Origin: Thainema sp.
GTDB taxonomy: Bacteria > Cyanobacteriota > Cyanobacteriia > Phormidesmidales > Phormidesmidaceae
NCBI GenBank assembly: GCA_052168235.1
Contig: JBQLZK010000070.1
Span: 1-35,303 of the forward strand
Length of the DNA: 35,303 bases
Direction: 5' to 3'
Both the position numbers and the translations under genes were made by a program. The notes beneath the pieces are model-generated. The model saw nothing but the letters and a program-made list of their open reading frames with translations, was not told where the DNA came from and did not search any database. Positions 10,210 through 18,053 of this stretch are shown here, in pieces (the stretch's first letter is position 1; every line of letters starts with the position of its first letter).

Positions 10210-11178
10210 TTAATGATTGGCGACAAACTCCGAGAGCCAGTTCACCAGATTGAGCTTGTGCAGGATAATTTGGCGGGCTTCTGCGATCGCATCTTTGGCT
10301 TCGTACCAGGCATCGGGGGTCGTAGTGATGTCTTGGATGTAGGCAAGTCCTTTTTCATCCAGGCTCGGTAAGCGGAGAAAGCTGCCGGGGGGTAGGAGTT
10401 TGTCCGCAGCCGAACCGCCGTAGTAGATGGGCAAACACCAGGACAGTAAGGCATCCCAGAGTTTTTCGCTGACGTACCAGTCGTTATCGGCGTAGTTTTC
10501 AATCGACAGGTTGTAGTAGTAGGGAGCCATGCCGTGCCACTTGTTGCCCAGTTCACCGACGGGTTTCGACCAGGCGGGTAGATCGCGTCCATAGAGGTCG
10601 AATTCCAGATTGCTGTCTCGCAGTAGCTGTAGGAAAGCGAGCCGATGACGGTGATTTTCGGAGCGGTCAATACCGGACGTAATCCAGCTACAGGGCTTGA
10701 TCTTCGGCGGCGGCGGCATTTCATCCAGTTCGCGGAACGGATTGAGGACATACCAGATGGCAGGCATGTAGTCGGGCACGGGCGCAAAATCATCTGGCCC
10801 AGAAACATAGCCGCAGTAGGTTTGGGCTTCAGCATAGAACCGCTTATGCTTCTCGACCACTTCATCTAAAGGTGGTTCACGCAGCAGATACATCGTGCGC
10901 TCCTTCGGTACGCCGCGCAGCATAGCCGGATCAAACGTGTCCTTAGACTGCTGGGTAGACTGCCAAAATTTAATGCGATCGCGCCAAGAGGGTTGCGAAT
11001 TATCTGCCGCAAATTTGACTTGATACATCAGCAAATAATCCGGCTGTGGCGCATTGGCAATCAGTTGAATGTTGCCCCACTGCCCCAAGGGATGCGGCGT
11101 TTGATGCCACAGCCAGCTCGCATCCTGGGAACGAATGCCGCTATAGCTCGTAATCATGCCAACCGTGGCTCGCGTCAT
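10210..11178 (-). CDS. Glycosyltransferase family 10-like (putative fucosyltransferase)
   Basis: YYYNLSIEN...WYVSEKLWDALLSWCLPIYYG matches the GT10 alpha-1,3-fucosyltransferase motif. Confidence 0.82.
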   Translation of the reverse strand: MTRATVGMITSYSGIRSQDASWLWHQTPHPLGQWGNIQLIANAPQPDYLLMYQVKFAADNSQPSWRDRIKFWQSTQQSKDTFDPAMLRGVPKERTMYLLREPPLDEVVEKHKRFYAEAQTYCGYVSGPDDFAPVPDYMPAIWYVLNPFRELDEMPPPPKIKPCSWITSGIDRSENHRHRLAFLQLLRDSNLEFDLYGRDLPAWSKPVGELGNKWHGMAPYYYNLSIENYADNDWYVSEKLWDALLSWCLPIYYGGSAADKLLPPGSFLRLPSLDEKGLAYIQDITTTPDAWYEAKDAIAEARQIILHKLNLVNWLSEFVANH

Positions 11179-11314
11179 AGTGTGATTCCTGTTAGAGATA
11201 ACGACGGTTACATGCTGTCTTTAACGTGCCCAAAAGTGGCGGCACAGTCACGGTCATGGATGTTGAAAGCTTAATGAACCGACCTGAACGGTTCACCCCA
11301 TTGTTGCCCTGACT

Positions 11315-13447
11315 TTATTCGACGGTTTGTTCTGCCATCCGATGAGTGTCTGGATCGATCGCTTGAGATGCTGAATTTGGATTCGTTGGCTGATCGGTTG
11401 AAGGGTTGTGCTCATCGCAGATACAGGGCGGTGGCGGCATGGGAGATAGCCGATTGCGCTCGATCAGTTCAACCAGTTTGAGTAAATCCGCCGCAGACTG
11501 ATAGGCTTCTCGGTTCAGCTCCATCTGCTCTTTGGAGTCGGAAACCAAACCATCCACTTGCATTTGCAGCACGCCCAGTAGAGCCGTTAAATGGGTACGG
11601 ATATCGTAGGACAAGCGAGTAATCATGGCCTGACGCCCTGCTGATATCCCCGGTTCAGGCGTATCAGAAAACTGCATGGCATGCAGCCGCGCATAGTAAT
11701 TGCCTTTTTCCAACAGTTCACTATGGGTGCCTACTTCAACGACCCGTCCGCGATCTAGCACGGCAATTTGGTCGGCATTTTGAATGGTTGAAAGGCGGTG
11801 AGCAATCACCAAGATAGTGCGATCGCGGCTCAGTTCATCCAGGGCCTGTTGCACCAGTCGTTCCGATACCGTATCTAGCGCACTGGTGGCTTCATCTAAA
11901 ATTAGGATTTCTGGATTTTGCAGCAGAGCCCGTGCGATCGCAAGTCGCTGCCGCTGGCCACCCGATAGCATAACGCCGCGATCGCCAATCATCGTTTCGA
12001 ACCCATGCGGCAGATCCTGAATAAACTCGTGGGCATTGGCTCGCTTCGCCGCTAGAAACACCTCCTCGTCGGTGGCATCCAGTCGAGCATAGGCAATGTT
12101 GTTGCGGATCGTATCGTTGAACAGAAACGTATCCTGACTGACGATGCCGACTTCGCGCCGGAAGCTCTTCAGGTCAAACTCCCGCAGATCGCAGCCGTCA
12201 ATTTCAATTGAGCCCGCCAGCGGATCATAAAAGCGCGGCAGCAGATCTGCTAGAGTCGATTTGCCTGCACCAGATGAACCGACCAGCGCAAGTGATGTCC
12301 CTTTCGGCAAATTGAGCGTGACATCTTTTAGCACTAAATCATTGTGACCAGGATAGGCAAAGCTGAGCTGATTGAACCGAATGCCCTGCTTTAGCCCGGT
12401 ATAGGGCCGGGTGCCGTCGGCCATAAAGGGCTTGTTATCACGCCTTAGGAAGTCATGCACAATCTCTACACTGGCAGCACTGTTGGCAAACTGGTTACGA
12501 GCGGCATTGAGCTGGGACACCACCGGCAGCAGGCGAAACAGCAAAAACAAGTAGGTCAGCAGAACGGTTGATAGCGCTTCCAGTTCCTCGGCAAAGAACA
12601 GTCGCCCCAGCCCCACAATCGTCAGTAGCGCAATAATTCCAGCAACTTCACTGAGAGGACTGACTGCCGATGAGTTCATCTGCGATTTAAAGCTCATCGA
12701 TTCGCGATCGCGAATTAGCTGTTTCAGCAGCTTAAATTCTCGCTCCTCGCTCCCCACAGCCCGAATCAGTCGCATGCCGTTTAGCGCTTCCAGCACCCGA
12801 ATCGAATAATCCCGTGAGGTGGACGACAGCATTTGGCCAAAGTACTTGGCTCGATGAATCAACTGCTGATTTACCCAAGCCACAAAGCCCAGCAGCAGCG
12901 TCGATGCAATCGTCAGCTTCCAAGAAATTGACAACAGCAGTGCAATGAAAACTAGAATCGTCAGTCCGGCTTCCACCATTCGCAGACTGGTGTTGACGGC
13001 TCCAGCCGCACGATTCACCTCATTATTGAGGCGGTTAATCAAGTCACCAATCCGCATCTTGGCAAAGAAATCTAGATCCACCGTCAGCAGCAGATCAAGT
13101 CCGTCTTCCCGTAAATCCCGCGTCAGACGACGAGCCAAGATACCCGACACCAGTGACCCCAGATAACCCGTGGCGTTTTTCAGCACAATGGCTAGCACGA
13201 TCGCGCTAATCATGGCCAGTAGCCGATAAGGATTCGGAATATCCTCAAACGGTTCAAACAAGTTTTGGATAACTGGGGGAAACGCTTTGGTGTTGACTGG
13301 CTGTCCTAAAAAATCCAGCAGCACTGGGGCAATCAGCGCTGTGCTGACCCCGTTGAACAATGCTCCAGACAAACCCAGCAGTACTTTACAGACAATCAGA
13401 ATGGGATAGCGCTTGGAGATTTGAAGCAGGAGCCGATTGGAGTTCAT
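11315..13447 (-). CDS. ABC exporter (TMD+NBD, HepA/MsbA-like) with C-terminal HisKA-like extension
   Basis: Hydrophobic N-terminal half, GSSGAGKS, LSGGQRQR, LILDEATSALD, IAHRLST, then a ~115-aa tail. Confidence 0.92.
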   Translation of the reverse strand: MNSNRLLLQISKRYPILIVCKVLLGLSGALFNGVSTALIAPVLLDFLGQPVNTKAFPPVIQNLFEPFEDIPNPYRLLAMISAIVLAIVLKNATGYLGSLVSGILARRLTRDLREDGLDLLLTVDLDFFAKMRIGDLINRLNNEVNRAAGAVNTSLRMVEAGLTILVFIALLLSISWKLTIASTLLLGFVAWVNQQLIHRAKYFGQMLSSTSRDYSIRVLEALNGMRLIRAVGSEEREFKLLKQLIRDRESMSFKSQMNSSAVSPLSEVAGIIALLTIVGLGRLFFAEELEALSTVLLTYLFLLFRLLPVVSQLNAARNQFANSAASVEIVHDFLRRDNKPFMADGTRPYTGLKQGIRFNQLSFAYPGHNDLVLKDVTLNLPKGTSLALVGSSGAGKSTLADLLPRFYDPLAGSIEIDGCDLREFDLKSFRREVGIVSQDTFLFNDTIRNNIAYARLDATDEEVFLAAKRANAHEFIQDLPHGFETMIGDRGVMLSGGQRQRLAIARALLQNPEILILDEATSALDTVSERLVQQALDELSRDRTILVIAHRLSTIQNADQIAVLDRGRVVEVGTHSELLEKGNYYARLHAMQFSDTPEPGISAGRQAMITRLSYDIRTHLTALLGVLQMQVDGLVSDSKEQMELNREAYQSAADLLKLVELIERNRLSPMPPPPCICDEHNPSTDQPTNPNSASQAIDPDTHRMAEQTVE

Positions 13448-13649
13448 AGAATCTGTCCTGAAGCAATGAGTCTAGCAGTTTTACATCTTGCACCAAACTT
13501 AGAAGAACGATTGGGCCTCTGCCATGCAGTGATCCATACAACCGCTTTCTGTTCTAAATCGGTCAGATGCGAGAATGATAAGCAATTTGAGAAGTGAAAT
13601 AGTTTGAACGCACCCAACTCAACATACCCATTTGGGCTGTTCAAATTCG

Positions 13650-14813
13650 CTATAGGGCTGATATTACCTTGAATAGCGTGTTGGCCATCGTCTGAACACT
13701 GTAATGCTGGACACACTTTTCGCGAGCCCGCTGTCCCCTGGCTTCTGCCTCTGCAAAGTTGTTAAAGATGACCTGTAACTGTTCCGCAATTTGCTCTGGG
13801 TGACCGGGATCGACCAGGTATCCAGCCTGATCGGCCAGGATAGTTGGAATGTCGCCCACGCGGGTAGACAGCACGGGTTTTGCCATAGCCATGCCGTCTG
13901 TGAGCTTGAGTGGAAACTGAGCTTGGGCCGTCAGCGTATCTCGCTGCGGCACTACCACCACATGGGCAGCCGCTAGGACTTCCGGCATTTGCTCCACGGG
14001 TGCGCGGGGTAGTTTAATAATCCAGCGGCCCCACTGTTCAATCAGCCGATCATCGTAGTCGTCATAGGGACTACCGCCGACGATTACCAAGCGCATTTTC
14101 GGGTCGTTGAGCTGATCCAGCGCCATCAGCACATCTTCCACACCCTTATGGGGACGCGGCGCACCGGGAAACATTAAGACGCGATAATCCGCCAAGCCAT
14201 ACTTTTGCCGACTTTGCTCTGCGTCGTAGGGAGCCGGATCGAATAAATCGGTGTCCTTGCCGTTGGGCAAATACACTCCACCAAATCGCTGCTGCAAAAA
14301 CTCGGTGTCAATCGTCACCGCATCAGCAAATCGAACGAGGTTCTCTGACCAGCGAACGTAGAGGGGATGGTCAGGCTCTCTCAACTCTCCCCCCGGTTTC
14401 AACACATCGCGGCCAAACTGCTTGAGCGATGGACGATAGCGCCATGCATCGCCACCATGCCAGCTCATTTCCCAATCGTCCATATCCAGCAAAACCGGAC
14501 GGCGATCAACCCTCAACTTTTCCAGCAGCGCCACTCCAAAGCTGGTCGGCTTCGGCTTTACCGCATACAAAATGTCGCCATCCAGTTGCGATCGCAACTC
14601 CCGCACCGCCGACCAAAACTTGGGATAGGTCGCGCCCGGAATCGCTGCCACTTCCATTCCTTGCGGCGGCTGGGCATAGAGTTCGGCCCCAAACTGAAAG
14701 CCAATAATCTGAACAGAATAATCCAGCTTGTGCAAAACCTGACCCAGGAGAAACGCCCGCACCGCGCCTCCACCCGATAAATCGCTAACAATCACCGAAA
14801 CTCGACCATTCAT
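13650..14813 (-). CDS. Glycosyltransferase family 4 (start 14813 or 14843)
   Basis: GT-B C-terminal motifs PHKGVEDVL and FPLKLTDGMAMAKPVLSTRVGDIP. Confidence 0.9.
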   Translation of the reverse strand: MNGRVSVIVSDLSGGGAVRAFLLGQVLHKLDYSVQIIGFQFGAELYAQPPQGMEVAAIPGATYPKFWSAVRELRSQLDGDILYAVKPKPTSFGVALLEKLRVDRRPVLLDMDDWEMSWHGGDAWRYRPSLKQFGRDVLKPGGELREPDHPLYVRWSENLVRFADAVTIDTEFLQQRFGGVYLPNGKDTDLFDPAPYDAEQSRQKYGLADYRVLMFPGAPRPHKGVEDVLMALDQLNDPKMRLVIVGGSPYDDYDDRLIEQWGRWIIKLPRAPVEQMPEVLAAAHVVVVPQRDTLTAQAQFPLKLTDGMAMAKPVLSTRVGDIPTILADQAGYLVDPGHPEQIAEQLQVIFNNFAEAEARGQRAREKCVQHYSVQTMANTLFKVISAL

Positions 14814-14869
14814 GGCAATCTTTGGGAGCAACAAAGGGGACATTCAAACGCCAAATACAGTTAGCCTAT

Positions 14870-14932
14870 TAACCATTAACCACGAACCATTAGCCATTAA
14901 CCAACAACTATCAACCATTAACGACTAACCGT
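14870..14932. repeat. Heptamer tandem repeat (STRR-like, TAACCAT consensus, ~9 units)
   Basis: taaccat taaccac gaaccat tagccat taaccaa caactat caaccat taacgac taaccgt. The end of the array supplies the GT2 stop codon. Confidence 0.85.
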
Positions 14933-15959
14933 TCGATGAGGATGGATTGGATAATGGCCACAATCGATGCAGAATCTGAAACACCTTTTGCGATCGCGGT
15001 CCTCGATATTTCTTATAAAACATAAATCGCGGCAGGCTGAGCCGCAGGGCACGAAATAGGTTGAGCAACATGCCATTATCAATTCGCAACGTGCCGTCCA
15101 GTAAATGTAAGGGATAGGCGGCAATCTGGCGCAGTCGCTGCAAATCGTCGCGATGATCTTCGCGGATGGCTTCGTCGAGCAGCATACTCATGCCCGCGTG
15201 GCACTGCGGCATCCGTTCGGGATAGTGAGTATGAACGGTTTCGTAAAACAGAATGTAGTAGTCCCGCATGTAGGGCCATTTGTTGGTGCGGTTGCGCCGA
15301 TGCTTGGTATAGAAGGCTCCCACCATCGGTGTGTAGACAAACTGTGCTCCCTGAGCCAAGATATCAACCGCAAAAAAGCGATCGCCCAGTGCTTTCAACT
15401 GTTCGGGAAAGGAATGCTGTTCAACCACGCTGCGATGCATCAGCATCGCCTGTTGCAGAGCGGGATGCGGCGTATTGGTCAAAAAATCGGGGGTGAGCAG
15501 TCGCGGAATTAGCTGCTCAGTCGTCAATGGCCCAATCACATGATCCTGGTGCTCGGCGATTGAATTATCCGACTCCAGATAAACCCGCTGATAATCGCAG
15601 TACAGCACCACGTTCTGAGGTGACTGCTGGAGTTGAGTAAAGTGATCTAACTGGAAGCGGGTTTTGTCGGGGTCGATCCAATCATCGCCATCTAGGCACT
15701 GAATCCATTCGCCCCGCGCCTGCTGAATGCCGTAGTTGCGCGCAGCAGGCAGTCCCCCATTGGGCTTGGGACAGAAGCGGACGCGACTATCGGCAGCGAC
15801 CAATCGTTCAGCCACCTGGGCCGTGCCGTCGGTTGAGCCATCATCGACAATAATGCATTCCAAATCGGTGAAAGTTTGCTCCAAGACACTGCGGACAGAG
15901 CGTTCTAGACAGTGCTCTTGGTTGTAGCAGTTCACAATAATCGAGACGGTTGGCAGCAT
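14925..15959 (-). CDS. Glycosyltransferase family 2
   Basis: VSIIVNCYN, IIVDDGSTD, NGGLPAARN, LDGDD. Confidence 0.93.
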   Translation of the reverse strand: MLPTVSIIVNCYNQEHCLERSVRSVLEQTFTDLECIIVDDGSTDGTAQVAERLVAADSRVRFCPKPNGGLPAARNYGIQQARGEWIQCLDGDDWIDPDKTRFQLDHFTQLQQSPQNVVLYCDYQRVYLESDNSIAEHQDHVIGPLTTEQLIPRLLTPDFLTNTPHPALQQAMLMHRSVVEQHSFPEQLKALGDRFFAVDILAQGAQFVYTPMVGAFYTKHRRNRTNKWPYMRDYYILFYETVHTHYPERMPQCHAGMSMLLDEAIREDHRDDLQRLRQIAAYPLHLLDGTLRIDNGMLLNLFRALRLSLPRFMFYKKYRGPRSQKVFQILHRLWPLSNPSSSNG

Positions 15960-15996
15960 GGGGGTAAAATTAAGCCGAATTCACCTTGAATCAGAC

Positions 15997-17742
15997 TTAT
16001 AGTTCCCTAGAATGCTGTCGATGCGACCATCGGATAGCGAAATAGGTTGCGCCGGAGCTAATTAGCAGCAGCGGCGTCAGCCAGTCGCCCCAGCGGACAT
16101 AGGGCGGACGGGTTTGCCGCTGATAAATCGTCGCTGCGTGGATTTGATAGGCATTATGTTCTGCCATCCACAGCGTTTGACCGTGGGAATTCACGACTGC
16201 TGATAAGCCAGTATTCGTCGCCCGCGCGGCCCAGCGGTCATTCTCAATTGAGCGCATCACGTCCTGGGCGTGGTGCTGCATCATCATGGAGCGGGGATAG
16301 GGGTCGTTATTGGAAGCCGTTAGGATAAATTCGGCCCCCCGCGCTACCTGCACGCGAAACCAGTCCCCAAAAGCCGACTCGTAGCAAATTCCCACCGCCG
16401 CTCGGCCAAACGGCGTGTCAAAGATCTGCTCAGTATCCCCCGGCACCATACTGAAATCCAGCGAGGTCAGCCGATTGATCACAGAACCCAGGACGGATTC
16501 AAATGGCAAATATTCGCCCAGTGGCACCAGCTTAATTTTGTTATAGCGACTGAGCGGATCGGCCTCAGTGCCCGTCAGCGTAATCAAACTTTGGGTGATA
16601 TGCGAGGGCAATGGGGCCGGATTTGGATAAGGTACGGGCATAAACGTCCCCAGCCAAATGGGAACTTGGTAATCTGCGATCGCACGGTAGATTTGACTGC
16701 GCTTCAGCACATTGCCCCAGACAAAGGGAATCGCCCCTTCCGGCGTCAGCACCACGTCTACGCCCTGATTGACAAGCTGTTCGTATCCGGCGGTATAGCG
16801 CTGCTGGGCCAGTCGCAACCCTTGGGCATCGAGCTTCACCTCGTTGGGAATATTGCCCTGTACAATACCTACGCGCAACGCTTGGTCAGGACTGTCCGCC
16901 GGTGAAGATTGCCAGATGCCCCAGCCGAGGAGATGGGTGCTGATTAGAACGGTCAGAGCGGTGAGGAGGAGTTTGGGAGATTGGGAGGGAGGGTAGGAGG
17001 GAGGGAGGGGAGTGCGATCGCGGTTGAATCTAAATTTTCCAAATCTTGGCCATGCCAGCAGCGCTTCGGCCAGCAGCCCATTTACGGCCACGATGACTGC
17101 CGTGATTGTAAATGCGCCGGACAGTCGCCCCAAATGCAAAATCGCCAAGTTATGCGGGCTTTGGGTATACGACAGCGATGTCCAGTAGAGTGGCCCCAGT
17201 CGCCAGAGAAACTCTAATCCGCACCAGATTGCCGTCCCAAACAACACTCGCAAACCTGATGCAATGGCGGGTCGATTGAGAATAAAATCCCTGAGTGATT
17301 GGCTTTTGCCGTTCAAGGGCGTGGCTCCGAACGAGGGCTGTGAGCGCTGATCGGGTTCTAAACTCCGCCATAGCCAACGGGTCACAGTAGCCCAAGCTGC
17401 CATCATGACCGCACCCCAGAAGATGATAAACAGCCAACATCCAGTTGCGATCGCAAGACTGGCTAACCACGGGACACCGAGCCAAGTTAACGGGTGCAGA
17501 TGAGTGATCCAAAAAAGAGCCAAGCCGTTATAGCCCATACTCCAGCCAATCGCAAATTCCAGCCACTTTTTTTGTAGGGGTGTCTGAGGATTAAGGGAAA
17601 GCCGCAGCCAGAGCCAGAGAGGAATCATGGCGACCCAAGCCAGCGGCCAAGCACCAACTGGAGCAGGCGTAATCCCCATCAGCACGCCGCTGAGCAGTCC
17701 TAAACCTAAGCTAAAAACAAGACGCGGAATCGATCGCTTCAT
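15997..17742 (-). CDS. lnt: Apolipoprotein N-acyltransferase
   Basis: Multi-TM N-terminus, VQGNIP, TPEGA, KIKLVPLGEYLP, ICYES (E-K-C triad), RATNTGLSA. Confidence 0.95.
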   Translation of the reverse strand: MKRSIPRLVFSLGLGLLSGVLMGITPAPVGAWPLAWVAMIPLWLWLRLSLNPQTPLQKKWLEFAIGWSMGYNGLALFWITHLHPLTWLGVPWLASLAIATGCWLFIIFWGAVMMAAWATVTRWLWRSLEPDQRSQPSFGATPLNGKSQSLRDFILNRPAIASGLRVLFGTAIWCGLEFLWRLGPLYWTSLSYTQSPHNLAILHLGRLSGAFTITAVIVAVNGLLAEALLAWPRFGKFRFNRDRTPLPPSYPPSQSPKLLLTALTVLISTHLLGWGIWQSSPADSPDQALRVGIVQGNIPNEVKLDAQGLRLAQQRYTAGYEQLVNQGVDVVLTPEGAIPFVWGNVLKRSQIYRAIADYQVPIWLGTFMPVPYPNPAPLPSHITQSLITLTGTEADPLSRYNKIKLVPLGEYLPFESVLGSVINRLTSLDFSMVPGDTEQIFDTPFGRAAVGICYESAFGDWFRVQVARGAEFILTASNNDPYPRSMMMQHHAQDVMRSIENDRWAARATNTGLSAVVNSHGQTLWMAEHNAYQIHAATIYQRQTRPPYVRWGDWLTPLLLISSGATYFAIRWSHRQHSREL

Positions 17743-17788
17743 CTTCTAAAACGGTGGCAGCAAAATTTGGAAAAGTGAGGAGTGTTTA

Positions 17789-17841
17789 GTAGGGGCGTTA
17801 GCAAAGCCATGCCCGAAGGGCTATATGACCTTCGCCCCTAC
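17789..17841. repeat. GTAG-type REP inverted repeat
   Basis: GTAGGGGCG ... CGCCCCTAC arms with an inner GCCC-GAA-GGGC hairpin. Confidence 0.75.
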
Positions 17842-17870
17842 ATAGGGTGAATGACTTCAGATTCTCTCTA

Positions 17871-17975
17871 ATATCAAGTCTGTGTGTAAGAACCCGATTT
17901 AGTTTTTGTGAAACGTTTGCTCAGCAAACGTTTCACAAAAACTAAATCATGGGTTTTCAACAAGACTTCGTATAT
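17871..17975. repeat. ~100-bp palindromic dispersed element, copy 1
   Basis: Perfect 25-bp arms at 17896-17920 and 17924-17948, TCA loop, outer AAGTC...GACTT. Homologous to 28972-29072. Confidence 0.88.
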
Positions 17976-18002
17976 CAACATAAAACGACCTTACAAATAA
18001 GC

Positions 18003-18027
18003 AAAAAAGAAGGGGCGGTTGCCCCTT
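18003..18027 (-). terminator. Rho-independent terminator of gyrA
   Basis: Minus strand AAGGGGC-AACC-GCCCCTT followed by CTTTTTT, ~27 nt after the stop. Confidence 0.8.
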
Positions 18028-18053
18028 GCTCATCCTAGACGGAACGTTTGTGT

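Noticed and set aside
13444..13716. 90-aa ORF between the GT4 and ABC genes
   Set aside because: Overlaps both neighbours and has no recognisable features.
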